This document shows positions 26,901-41,600 of a stretch of 64,000 bases of DNA, piece after piece. The stretch's first letter is position 1; every line of letters begins with the position of its first letter. Source of the DNA: Octopus sinensis (Eukaryota); assembly GCF_006345805.1 (NCBI RefSeq), contig NC_043010.1, positions 31,496,001 to 31,560,000 on the forward strand, in the 5' to 3' direction. The notes beneath the pieces were generated by a model, which made no database searches, had not been told where the DNA came from, and saw only the letters and a program-made list of their open reading frames with translations. The position numbers and the translations under genes were made by a program.

Positions 26901-29900
26901 GAGATTTCCTATAAGACGAGGCACTCTACAGTAATCCTAAAGAGTGATAAAGTGGTCCTCATACCAATCTATCTTCACTGGAGATTAGTGAGAATGAAAG
27001 TGGTTCATGTGCTCCTTGAAGTATATATATCTGCTGATTGGTTGGTGGCTGCTCTCTTCAACATAGTTGTAATATGGGACATTTACTGTAACATCACCTC
27101 ACTGTATTCATCATAGAGGACAAAAAATATATTGCAGATCTAGAGGCTGCTGGAAAAAAAATTGAACAGGCCAAGCGATGGAATTATGGAGCCCAATTGA
27201 TCAAGAAAGTTTGGAACTCTCCCTGGACACAAAACATCTCAAGGGTTTCTGTTCACATTGAAAGAAGCCCTTCACTGACCGCACTTCAGATGAAACCATT
27301 GGAACAACACCACTAGCAATAAAGTCAATAGCAGTACCAACAACTGCATGTGACTACAACTGCAACAGTCTTCCATACTGACGTGGGTTGGGCAGCAACA
27401 GTATCAACAACAGCAGCAGTTCCAACAAGCACAGTAAAAGAAACATTGTTTCTGAACAGACTAAACAGAACAAAAGACAGTGACTTCCAAACATGTTCCT
27501 TCTCACTTGCAGCTACTCATATATTATTAAGAGAAGGTAAATGGGGAAGAAAGCAAATAGCAAAAAATAATAAACAAAGTATAAGGAAAAAAACCTGTTA
27601 ACATAAAAAGCTGGGAGGTTTAAATGGATGAAAGAAACACCTCCAAACAACGACATGTCAACACCATCTCCAACAATACCAGTACTATCAATATCATTGT
27701 CACCTTATGCAACCCTAGCCGATTGCCACAGCTTATTTTGTTCCCCAGAGTGTATTGCACTAGCCTTTGTCTTCCTAAACTCTTGCATACTATCAGATTT
27801 CAGAGTTAACTGTCTAAACTTTGAGCTGCAAAGCATCCATATACACCAGCAGGAACTGGAGAGAGAGGGTGTGTATTGGCAGGGAATACTCACAACGGGC
27901 TGCATCCTGGTTCACCACATGGACTAGCTAATGACAGTGAGTTATCAGCAAAAGGATTGCTAACACTACAGTACTAGATGCAGCCCATGTGAGAGAGAGA
28001 GATGCACATGTACTATTTTACTCTTTTACTGGTTTCAGTCATTTGACTGTGGCCATGCTGGAGCAGCGCCTTTAGTCGAGCAAATCGACCCCAGGACTTA
28101 TTCTTTGTAAGCCCAGTACTTATTCTATCGGTCTCTTTTGCCGAACCGCTAATATGTGTATATTTATATAAATATATTTTTATTTTCAGGTGTGTGTTAT
28201 CTTTATATGAAAGAAATAGAACGTGCAGCCTTTCCACAGAGAATGTGGGAGAAGATTCAGTTGGATAACAATTTTGAAAAAGCTATGGAACAGATTAATA
28301 CAAAGATGCTTTACTGGCCTTCGTGAGTAGATTTCAGTTTTATAACATTTGTAACAGGATAGTGATATTGACTTGCTTGAAATAGCAACTAGGTTTCCCT
28401 TAAAACAGACTGTTTTGAAAGAGAAAAACTACATTGTATGAGTTAGTCCTGGATGTTCACTACTTGAAGAAGAGATATGGTTACGACATGAATAACTTTG
28501 ACTATAGGCTTTCTCAGTTATTGATGAAATTGGTTTATAATGTGGGCAGGTATTTTACACTAATTCTTCTTCATCACCATCATCATCATTTAACATTTAC
28601 TCAAGAATCCTTCAAATGGGCAAAGATTTAGAGATGTTTTTTAATGAAGCCTTGGGGGTAACAAAGAACCATATCAGATAGCTAAAAGGAAAGCTCAGCA
28701 TCAGGTCTATGTAGAGTTAGGGTAGAAGTACAAAGGAAGAGGTTTGCCAATGTCTTTCAGCATGAAGATCTGAGATTTGAGGTGCTTCTGAATGCTAAAC
28801 AGTGTGTCAGAGAGAATTGAGATGTCGTGGGAAGGAAGTGTATATGAATGGATAATGGTAGGCTTGCACTTACTGATTCTGAAAAAAAAGAGACATGAAA
28901 GAGCTATTGTGAAGAAAAATTTGTATCTGTGTTCCTTGTCCACAAGCTGTGTAGCTGAGGCTCCCCTCCATCGTACCTCTTGCACACAGCACACATCTAC
29001 ATCACTGTTATTCTCTATCCACTCCCTTCCTTCACTCAATCTGTCAAACTAACTCTCTCTCCCCCTCTCTCTATTCCCCTCTCCTCTCCCTCTATATCTC
29101 CTTGCCTCTCACCCATCCTCCTGTATTTAACATGTTACATTTGTCTTACCTGTCAGTGCTATGAATCTCCTCTCTCTCACTCTGTGTCTGTCCCTCCTCT
29201 TTACTGCTTTACCTCTCACTTCAACTATACCTCCTATTCTTAACAAGATTTATTTTCTCTCTTTTTACCTCTTCCTTTAAAGTATGTGTGACATACACTA
29301 CAGGTATGTATATAAAAGAAAGAAAAAAGGTATACTTAGGATGTGTTTGTGTACACTCAAATATGGAAAAACATTCACTATAGTAATTGTCTTAGAACGG
29401 ATGTGTATGAAAACGTGGAGATGGACTCTGAATGACTTCAGTTGCTCATAACCCAATAAGGACTAATATTTTACAGAATCAAGATAAAGAGGTTATTTCT
29501 GTATATTAGAATTATCCAACCCATGTCATGATGTAAATATAGATGTTATTAATCTTGATATTTCGTTTTTTAATTATTTCTCTCCCCACTACTTCACTTT
29601 TTTTTATCATTGTTTCATTTTAGGTATTATCGTCGGAAGTGTCGCTTGAGACTGATAAGAATTAGGCAGTATTTGGCCAGAATGAGAAAACTTGTTTTGC
29701 GTAATAGGTAAGTGTGTGTGTGGTAAGGGAGCGATATCTATTCCTTCCACAGTCAAGACTGCATTTTTTTAATCACTCAGCATAGTAATCTTTTATACAT
29801 CTTCTGATACACTTTATATTCATCTACTCTCTCTTCTCACTTGTACTCCATGATTCATGTAGGTTAATATATGACGTATTCACTGAATTATATTTATGTC

Positions 29901-32900
29901 TCCAACCTACACAAATCCTTCACATTCCATGTTTCATGGCTTGTAGAACCACACTTCTTACATAAATTTCATACATTAACTGGTGCTTTTGATAGTCAGC
30001 CACGTATTTTGATGATCTTTTTAATTTTGGTTGCCTTGGTGATGTCATACTGTGCAGGCGAAAGGCAGCATTCAAGATGTGTAGGAGAAAGGCAAACAAG
30101 TCAACAGAAACAACATAAACACACCAACACTGGTTGACAAGTAGTGGTGGCACACTCCCACATGCATATATCATCATCATCATCATTATCCTTTAACATC
30201 TGTTTTCCATGCAGACATGGGTTGAACAGTTTGACCAGAGCTGGCAAGCTAGAGAGCTGCACTAGGTTCCAGTCAGATTTGGCTTGGTTTTTATAGCTGG
30301 ATGTCCTTCCTAAAACCATTCACTTTCAGTATGAAAATTACAGACAGAAATTATAGATGTTGTGTTTGAAATTCCTTAAGAGAAACTCTTTAGCCAAAGT
30401 AAAACCTACCTACTATAAGTAAAGCATGAAAATCATTCAATTTGATGGAAGAAACAACTGAGATGCACGGACAAACTGTGGAAAAGTATAAAAGAGATGG
30501 CAATGAGTGAACAAACTGATGAATATAAGTTATATAAGAACTGCTGTTAACATGTGACAATAGTGATGCTAGAGTAATAGGAAAAAAGTTACAGTGCTGG
30601 AAATTTCGAATAGTTAGAAGATTAAGGAAGTCAGAATCTCATATTTCTGAAAACTGAGCAGCAAAAATTGCAGCAGTATACTATTGAAACATTGCATGTA
30701 AAGTGGGACCAGCCTAAGTTTATGAGAAAATGATGTAATCAACACAAGGAAACACTTAGTAAAATTCTTCACTATAACTCACACCATTTAAACTGTATTG
30801 AAAATAAGTGTGGGAAAACCATCTTTTTGAGGTAAATGCTGCATTTTTCAATTGTACAAGTAATTTCTTGGAAGGACATTTTGGAACGACCTGTATGCTT
30901 TTAACTCATTCCCACAAGAAATAAACATAGCTTGATTTATAGTGAGGCAATCACCCTGGGGCTCCACTTCTTTCCAGAAAGTTTGCATGAAGTAGGCCTT
31001 TCCCTATCTACTTAGAAAAAAATCTTCTCTCATAAATCTTAAAAACAAGTATCACATTTTCTCCACTTTAATGGTACTAAATAACTACTCTAAAATAACT
31101 ACTACCTAGTTGTCCAAAAGCAGCTTTTGGTCCATGGGGGAATAATGGATTTTAAGGATGGAGGAAAGAATAAAACAAAAAGCAAAACGAAAAACGAAAG
31201 CTTTCTGAAAAATATTTAGTACTTTCATGTATTTATCTGTATAAAAGTTGATAGAAGTTGTTGACCCCACAATGAATTTTTCGATTAAATCTTTCTCTTT
31301 CTCTTTCAAAAACAAACAAACCTGCACTCACATATATTACCATTCTATAAAGTTATTCTACTCATTTGGTATACTAGTCATATTTATGAAAAAGAAAAAG
31401 CAAGACTGTTTGGCTTCCAAAATTTTAATTTTTAAGTTACTGTTTTAATTATAAAGTTTTCTTTTTTGCATAATATCACTGCACAGAGCACAGATAAAAA
31501 CTATTTTTTTCTTTTGTCTTTGGAATTTAACTTGTTCAGATTTTTGTTTTCCATTAAACCTAACCATTTCTTATACTTGATGTGGTAAAGGCAAACTGGT
31601 TGGGTAGTGTCATGATTTAAAAAATTCTGTTTTATACTGAACAGCATTTGAGAGAGTAGATCCTGTATAGCCCATCAAAAGGGCAGTACTTTTACTGTTC
31701 TTTGATGTCAAGCCACTCTGACTGGTTTTCCAACAAGGATGGCTTTAATGATTGGAAAAATGAAAACACATGAATAAAGTCAAGGCCACAGTGATTTTGA
31801 GTTGCAGTTCAAGGCTTTACATAAACTGGAAAAACAAGAAATGTTGGACTGAAATATTCTTTTCTACTCTAGGCACAAGGCCTGAAATTTTTGGGGAGGG
31901 GCCAGTCAATTAGATTGACTCTGAAAGGATGGAAAGCAAAGCCATCCTTGGTGGAATGTGAACTCAGAACATAAAGACAGATGAAGTACCACTAAGCATT
32001 TAGCCTGGTGTGCTAATGTTTCTACCAGCTTGCCGCCTTGTTAGACTGAAATATTGCTCTGTGTTGTGGCTGTGACAATGTTTCTAGCCGAGAGAGACCT
32101 GGTATTGAAGGGATAATTGGATCTTAGCACAATGAGAATTCTTTTGAGAATTATGGATCTTATTGCACAATTCAATCCATTTCTAATGTGGCCATTCTAT
32201 TGAATGCAAAATTTATGAATCATATAGCATCAGAACTTAAAAACTACCAAGTATTTGTCAGTTTCTGTAGATTTAATGCCAAACTGATCAGCTAACAGTT
32301 ATTGTGCGTTATGCTGTTTCTGAGAAACTAGTAGAAAGGTTTTTAAATTTCCTACAGATTGGTTCTCATGAAGTGGAAACGCTGGTCAAATCTGAGTTAG
32401 AATTTCTTCAAAAAAATAGGATGTAAACTTTGAAGACTATGGGGAAAGTCCTATGACAGTGCCAGTAATATATCTGATCACACAACACAAGAATGTGAGC
32501 CAGACATAAGGGAAAGAACTTGGCTACAATTTTTGTTGTCTGTGTTGCTTATTCTTTGAACCTTGTTGGATATTCTACTGCCTCTTGCTGTATTGAATGC
32601 ATAAGTTCAGCATTGGTTAAATCAGTTTGATTTTTTGAGATATCAAATGCAAACTCCAATTGTTTAAAATTCTGAAGTCTAGTTGCAAGCTAAACTTTCT
32701 CACAGTTTTCTTTACATTTTGACTTAAATTTTTAAAACAGGAAGAGTCCCAATGTTAAAACCTATGCTTTTCAGAAAACACAACTTAAAGAATTATATAT
32801 GGTTTAGTACTGGGATTCACCCAGTTTTCAAATTATTAATTTGACAATCGTTCTCAACAGATTATCCCAATAAATCTTTTAGGAAAATAAAGTCTCATAC

Positions 32901-33843
32901 CCCCCCCCCCCAATCAAAATCGACTTGTTTTAGACTGTTTGAAATTATTAGCAATTATGAAGTTTAAAACAAATTTTTACTATTAAAAACGACAACTAAA
33001 TATTTTTTCTGACTTCTCAATAAATTTTTAACTTAGGATTTTCAAATGGAATTTTCCCACTTTTAATTAAATTTGAATATTTGTGAAAAAATTATGGGAT
33101 AACGATGTAAGCATTACTTTTGCATATTATTTTGCTTTTTGGAATGTCTAACACTTTAGCATTCAGATTCTGTCAAATGTAATGCTTATTTATTCATATT
33201 GTTTTGAATTAATCATACATTATCTTGTAGCTTTGAGATTTCAGTGATGTGATTATTTTTTAGAATGACATTGTAGGGTAGATATGATAGACCTGATCTG
33301 GTCAGTTTGAGCATAAAACAGGTAAAATATTTGGGCTTAATATGGCTGCTTTGAATGCTAGAGGGTGAAGCATTTACCTATTTAGACGACTTGATTTTTT
33401 GCCTATGTCTACCCAGTGGCCCTCTGTGTCATTCCAACATTAAAGATGGGCATTAAATGTTGATAATGATATGACTACTGCATAAGGAAGTGTTGAGTAT
33501 ATCAGTTTAGTGGAACCTGTGGAGGAGGGTACTCAAGGAAGACTTGGGATGAAGTGGTGAAAACTGAACTGAAGATGTGCTCGCAGGGGAAATGACAAAG
33601 GACTGGATTGATTGATAATGCAATGTTGCAGAAGCCCTGGTCATCCATGGTATTACATACCTTGACAGAAGGGTTATGCTCAGAGGCCTACATTTGCTGC
33701 CTCTTACATTACATCATTGATCCCTCCTCACCCATCTTTGTATCCTAGGTCCCATCTCTCTTTTCCCCACCACCTGTACTGATCACATCATTCTCATTAT
33801 ACTGCTTTCTCTAGCTTCAGTATTGGATATGGGGATGCAACTT

Positions 33844-33883
<40 letters not shown>

Positions 33884-35566
33884 ATTAAGGGTACTGAAGA
33901 GGTACCACCATACCAGAAATAGCACTCAAAATTGACTCTAAAACCACATGTCTTCATACTGGGAGTTGCCTACCTAATACCACCCCTACCCAATAGTGAA
34001 CAAAAGTAGAAATAGTTGATGAGTTAGAGGAGGAAAGAGTAGGTCAGGGGTGGTAAGAGATATGATTTTGGAGAGAGAGAGTGCTGGTTAGTAGCACAGC
34101 AGAGTGAAGTTGGAGTATATTGGGCAGGGGGATGTATTAGGTAGGCAGCCCACTATATATGGGTGTACCAGCAAAGTTGTCGAAATTTTAGGTTCAACTT
34201 TGAACTTTTGTATCTCAGGAATGCTTAAAGATAAGTCAGTGGAATTATCAGGTTTTTCTAACATTATTGGACTCTACTTTGATGATGATGATATGACAAC
34301 TGCATAAGGAAGTGCTGAGTATGTCAGTTTAGTGGAAGCTCACCAGAAGAATCATGGATGAAAATGACATTTTCATAAATAACTAGCCATAGCTCAGGAT
34401 TGGGAGCTCATAAATAATTGGAATAAAGTTTGAATGGAAGTTTATTCAGTCCTGGTTGAAATCCTGCCTGTTAGGCATCAAGAGTTGCTCCTCTTTTGGC
34501 AATGACTTCCTCAACCCTCTTCCTGACTGCATCGCAAGCTTTCTTAATAAATTTCATCAATGTCCTCCTCCCACATGGATGGAGGTTTTGAGGGCTTGCA
34601 GATTACTGTGGGGTTTCTCACAAGCTTTTCTGACCAGTTGATTTCAGATGCTGAAGTCTAAAGGGTTCAAATCAGGTGATGGAGGCCAAGTGTCCTTCAA
34701 AACCTGGTCTGAAACTTACTTCAAAACTTGGTCCCTAGCTCATCCCTAAGTAATTTTTGAGCCACTGCACTTGTATGACAAGGGGCTCCATTGAAGTTCT
34801 TAGCGATCTTGTTGGGGTTTCTCTTGTCTCTTGCCTCAAGATATTCAGAAAGAATCCAGGTTTTTATATCTTTCAAAACCTGAACATAACAAACTCTTGT
34901 CAGTCTCTTAGCTTTCTCAAACACAATCAATAACATCTTTTTACCATCAGAGGCCACGTAAGTGAAAATCATCACCATAGCAGGGTTTTTGCACCTGAAA
35001 ATGACATTTTTGGCTCTCTCGTGAGGATCTGTAACCGGAAAGTGGCTGTTGTGTCTGTTCGTGTGCATATCTTGGGTGAAATTCTTCTCATCTGTACAAG
35101 CAATCATTCCAGGATTGTGTTTCACTTTGTTTAAGATGATCTTTACCCTTTCCAACCTCCTAGCCTTCTGCCCTGGAGTAACAAGGTGCCTCATAAGGTC
35201 TCATATATGGTTTCATTTTCAAGTCTTCTGTCACTGCTCTTTGAACTGTCATAGCTAAAACTCCTCTCTCCTGTGCCAAGCATCTTATAGATTGAGTTGG
35301 ATCTCTTTAGCTCTAGATTGAAATGCTGATCCCTCTTGCAGATATGACTACTTGATCCAGTTTTCCTCTCCACTATTCCTTCTTTCTCAAACTTATTCAC
35401 AACTCTGTTGGGGGTCTTGAATGGACTTATGATGGAAACCAGAAAATGAATGTTGGTACCATTATTGAAGGCCTGAATAGTGAGGCTGGCACAAAATGAT
35501 TTAGGCCTGTTCTCTTCCTGGTAGGGCATGGAGACATAAAATATCAAATTTAGTCTGAATGCCGTG

Positions 35567-35616
<50 letters not shown>

Positions 35617-38600
35617 AAATAGTTATACATGTCATCATTTATAAATATGTGTATGTTGTATATATGTTTGTATCTGTGTTTTCTGGGAAAATAAGAAAAG
35701 AGGCTGTAGTAATTTAGAAATTTGTAATTATTTTTGTTCAAGAATTACCAATTAACTCCTTTGTCAAAATTATTGAAAACTAATTGAATGTTTTGTGTCC
35801 TTCACTTTCAGGCGAAAGTTAGTTCCTTTGCAGAGAAATATTGAACGTCGAGAGAAAAGACGAGAGGTGAGTAAAATCAATTGTATTGGGGTTGTTACTG
35901 TTACATCAGAGCATTTGTTGAAGGATTTCCAACCAATGCGATCCCACACTGGCATGGCTATGTGGTAGTGAACTTGCTTCCCAACCATATGGTCATAGGT
36001 TCAGTCCCATCATGTGGCACTGTGGGTAAGTGTCTTCCACTATACCCCAGTCCAACCAAAGCCTTGTGAATGGATTTGATGGACAAAAACTAGAAGGTGC
36101 CTGTCATATATGTATATATATATATATATGCATGTGTTTGTGTGTTTGTTGCCCATTGCCACTTGACAATTGGCGTTGGGCTCTTTACGTCTGTTTAATT
36201 AAACATTTTAAGGCAGTCCAGAGCCTTCAACAAGTCAGATGCAAAAGATAAGTATACCTAGGACTACATTACCTAACTCATAAAGTCCCATACCACAAAT
36301 ATCTGCCACTTTTGTAAAATCCTAAATGCATGAAAGTGCAATTTTGTACTCCTCAGCACATGTTTATGCATATGTATGTGTAGGTATATGTATGCATGCT
36401 GTTAAGTTTACCCAATACTCATGCCCTTCTCACCTGTCAAATTTATGTCATTGGCATGTTTGATAGTCCCCAGTTAATGTTCCTATCACTTATCCTCTTT
36501 CCCTATCATTCCCACTTCTATTTTGTTCCTCTTATCACACATTCATTTATCACTCTATCAGGCATACCATTGCCACCCATATCTCAGTTGCTCATACCTT
36601 GCACACTAATTGCTCATTTGTCAGTTACTCCCTCCTAAGTTTCATTGCGCTATGCTATTGGTATGACTAAGGATGGCAGCGCGTCTCTTCTTTGTACAGT
36701 GCTTCCTGTATTACATAAGGATGCCACTGTATATATTTGACCCTCTCACTGATGCTCTCATCACCTCTCAACTTTACCACCCATTCTGTTTCATTCATCT
36801 TAAGTAGATCTCATGTGATACATATGCACCTCATACGCTTTATCTAGACTTTGTTCAAAGTCAGTTGGTATTGTTACCCATTGTTCACCCTTACCATGTA
36901 TCCAGTTCATGCTATCCATCATGCTTTCACCTGTGGAGGTGCCATGGTAAAGTGTATGCAGCACACTATTAATTGTGGGATCAAGAGGTCACCATCATTC
37001 TTGTCAAAGACATGACAACTTATCTAGTGCTAGTGTCATGAAAATGCACTCAGTACACTTTATAAAGTGATTGACGTTAGGAAAGGTATCCAACTAGGGT
37101 AACCAAGCCAAAATAAAACTTACAAATGTTACAAGGTTCCCCAACCCTTCTAGGAGCACCCTAGCCTTCTAACCCATGCAAGCATGGAAAGCAGATATCA
37201 AATGGAGATTGTGTCTGTGATAGCAGCAACAGTTATATAAAATAAAACCTTATTTGTATTTGTTTGCAGGAGAAAGCATTGGTTGCTGCCCAACTTGACA
37301 ATGCCATAGAGAAACAGTTATTGGAAAGACTCAAATCTGGTGCCGTGAGTATTCAAGCTTATCTTTTTACATTCTTCACGCAAACAGTTCTCATTTTGTT
37401 TCTTTGTGTTTTTAAGTCCAATGTATTTTACTAACCACTTTATAGTTTGAACTATGAAAGGCTGGTGTGTGTGATTGTGTGAGTATGCATGTGTGTACAT
37501 ATGTCTGTGTGTGAATGTTGTTATTTCAATGTGTCACATGAGATGATTTGAATGAAAATCAGTGTCATTGTGTTTATATTCATGGTTAACATAATATCTT
37601 GTAGCTTTGAAGTAGTGAAATAAAACACTCCTTATAAAAGCATGAATGATTGTTGACAGTTAGAGCATCTGGCTGTGAAATTATTGTTTAAAAAAAATAA
37701 GTTCTCCCTCCAACCTGTGTCAGCATAGAAAAAATGTCTAATGAATAACTCTCATTATATAGTTATGTATTACAAACATATTTCTGTGTTTTGTGCTATA
37801 TACTTGTATAGTGTGAGGTAACTACAATTTCAGAGATACACTGAAACCTGTTATACTAATTGTAATCCTATTTGCTTTGCTTGTGACCCACGTGCATAAT
37901 CAATGCTACGTTCTTCTGTTATAAAGGTGTGTGAGAGTGTACCTATGTATGTGTGTGTATATTTGTCTCAAAATATTTTGTTTTATTGATGTATGTTTTA
38001 ATGTCTGCCTGCATGTATATGTGTAAGTATGAGTATATATGCATATGTGTATATGTATGCATGCATGTATAATTCTGTGTTTATGTATATGTGTGTATAA
38101 GTGTGTCTGCAAATGCATGTAAAATGACTATCCTCATATTTAGTGTTTTTTAAAGCATTAATTAAAAGTATTACATTAAAATATTACTTAAACAAATCAG
38201 TTTTATGAGTAAAGATATTAGAATGATTGTATGATGTTTAAGACATATTACCATGAAAACCAGAAACGAAATCAAAAACATGAGTTTGAAGCAACCATTT
38301 TTGCATGTATTACTCACAATGGCTTTCAAACAAAAGAACAAAGATAAGCATTTTCTTCAAACTTTAATTTCATATTTCATAAAATATTGAAACTTAATAT
38401 TAAAAATGCAAAAAAGAAAAAAAAATGGCAGACTTGATTTACTTGCTCATGATCAGATACAGGTAACTCTGAGTACTGTAAATTAGGGCCTTTCAGTTAT
38501 AATGTATTAAAGAATACTCTGTATTTGTATTGAGTTCTGTAATTTGTTGCTTCTAGTGAATCAGCAGTTATGTATTGAATGCATTTAATATGTATGTTTC

Positions 38601-41600
38601 AGATAATTGTTCAATTGATAAAAATGGGTATTTCATCATCATCATCATCATTTAGCGTCCGCTTTCCATGCTAGCATGGGTTGGACGGTTCAACTGGGGT
38701 CTGTGAAGCCAGAAGACTGCATCAGGCCCAGTCTGATCTGGCAGTGTTTCTACGGCTAGATGCCCTTCCTAACGCCAACCACTCCATGAGTGTAGTGGGT
38801 GCTTTTTACGTGCCACCCGCACAGGTGCCAGATGGAGCTGGCAAACGGCCACGGATGGATGGTGCTTTTTACGTGCCACCGGCACGGGGGCCAGGCGAGG
38901 CTGGCAACGGCCACGAACGGATGGTGCTTTTTACACAAAATCTTCCTCAGTTAAGACATATCAAAATATAAACAAATTGATGGTATTCACACTTTATTAA
39001 ACTTGAGCAACTTAGGGACAAGGCATGCTCAGAAGGGGTAGAATATTTAGAGGGAGGTAAATGGAATAGCAGTGAGGGATTAGTAGTGTATGAAGGCAGG
39101 ACAAAAATGAGAGAAATTGCAACTATGTGGAAACAGGAGGAAGAGTCAACTAAATAAATAAATGTACAAAAGAGCATGTGACAGAATACAAAGAGTAAAA
39201 ACAAAATAAATGAATAAATAAATGTATCAGAATTATTATTATTATTATTATCATCATCATCTCTTTATCACAGGTTTTGTTGGCACTCCTGGAGTCTTGC
39301 ATGCACAGCATGCTTACTACCTGTAGCCTATGAGACCATGCTATTCATTCTTTTCAGCTATCTAATTACTTTCCTGATTATTCTGGCTGTGCCAAAGAGG
39401 CAAACCTTTTCTAACTGGGCACTCTATTTCAATTTCCTTTATATTCCTCTTGATGGCTTCTGATACCGTTCCCAAGGACCCAACAAGAATTGGCACTAGC
39501 TTCACCTTCTTTATTTTCCATAAGCCAGGCTATTTCGTACTTAAGAGGGTGGTATCTATCTTTTCGACTTCCTTCTTGACTATTTATGGGTCAAAGGGGC
39601 ATGCAACATCAACTATATAGCATATGTGGTGCACCATGTCCACCACGACTAGGTCCGGTCTGTCATGCTCTTGCGCCTATTTGGATTGGGAAATCCCAGA
39701 AGATTTTTCTAGTCTCTGACCCGGCCACTCTCTGTGGTTTATGCTCATACCACGTCTTGCCTCCAGCCCCAACTTTTTGCACAGTTTCCAATGGAGCTCT
39801 TTTGCTACCTGGTCATATTGCCACAACTTGTAGTGGTTTTGGGCCAAGTTTAGGGCATTGGTTTCATCCACTCTATTATAGATGCAGCACAACAGACACA
39901 CTTGCTCATTCTTAAGGTTGATCCTCCAGTCCATAGTCAGATCTTGGTCCTGCGCTTCCAGTATAGTGCTCTTGGTCTCTTTTTAGGGTTCCTTTCATCA
40001 GCCAATCCCACCTAATTTTTCCAGCTGCTGCTACTTATTATCATTATTATGCTTTCATTCTTTGTTTTCAGTCATGTTCTTTGGTACATTTATTTAATCT
40101 ATAATAATAAATGCCAAAATATATCTCTGTGTGTCAGTGTGTCACACTTTGACCCCTTCTCACACTATTCAATAATACTTGTACTTTTTCTCTTGATGGG
40201 GTCAGAGTATTAGTAGGCATAGAGACGGTGATGGTGGTAGTAGATTGATGGTTGTGATGGTAATGCGGTGATAGTAATAGTATGAGTTGTAGTTGTGATA
40301 GAGGCGGAGGCGATGGTGATTATGGTATGGGTAGTGGTAGCCAAGGCAGACAGGGATTATGGTGATAGTAAGTGATATGAAAGACAGTGGTGATGGTGGT
40401 GGAGGGAAAGGCGGCGACGCCAAAGGTATTGATGGAGGTGGCATTAGAAGTCTGAATGGTGCATGTATGGCAGTTGTGGCAATGGTGGTGGTACTGGTGA
40501 TGGTGATGATGGTTGAAAACAATCAACAGAAAGTGAGAGAGAGAGGTTAGACAGAAAAAAAAATTGTACTGTCCCCTGAATGGGAAGACAAAAAAATGTT
40601 TATCATGCAGCTTCGCAATAAGTTCCAAATCGACAAATTATATCATTGTTTTGATGAAAATTGTTCATTGCTTGAAAAATATTGGTCAAGTTTAATAAAA
40701 TTTAATATGTACTCAATGCATGAAATGTCACTGTTGGACCCAAGGCCCAATGTAGAGCCTTCCACAGGAGCTAGCTTAAAAACCACCCCATCGGGCAGCT
40801 TTTAGGCTAGATTCTTATATATCTAGTTGACCCCTCCTTCTTCTCTTGCCATATTGTTCTATCTCCATCACTATTCCTTTATCTTCATACCTACGCTACT
40901 GATCCCGTTTCCTCCTTTTTTTCTCTCTTTTCCTTTCCAATCTTCTCTCTCTTTTCTACTTCCCACTCTTTAGCTTTTTTACCCCTTCTGACCATGTTCT
41001 TCTCTCATCAAGTAGGCAACATGAACTGCTCCAACCATATATACTATGTCTTAACTGAAGTAGATTTTGTGTAAGAGAAGAAATTCCTTTTTATCTGTTG
41101 CACGATTATCTGAAACATAGATATTAAATGCATGCAAAATATTACTTGATATGACTTTATTATTATAACTTTGTAATTATGACTCATGCCAGTATAAACC
41201 GTCCAGTTCTAACTCCATCCACATGGATACTATAAGGATTTGGGGTGGCTTGTTCGATTTGCCTTGCGTCAGAAAATCTGGTAGCATGCATCACTTCTAA
41301 GCCTAACATGAATTATATATAAATCATCCTTGCTAGTGCCATGTAAAAAGTTCCTGTACCTGTGCCATGTAAAAAAGCACCATTGCTGGTGCCACATAAT
41401 AAAGTAGCACCCAGCAAGTCTGTAAAGTGGTTGGCATTAGGAAGGACATCCAGCTACAGAAACCAAGCCAAATCTAACCAGAAACTGTTCTAGCTTGCCA
41501 GTTCTGGTCAAACCATCCAACACATGCCAGCATGGAAAACATATGTTAAATGATGATGATGGATAATATATATATATATATAAATACATACATATATATA

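Noticed and set aside
33887-33940. Additional hammerhead (CTGAAGA-GGTA/TACC-A-GAAA)
   Set aside because: There is no stem I partner and no convincing stem III or UH site.
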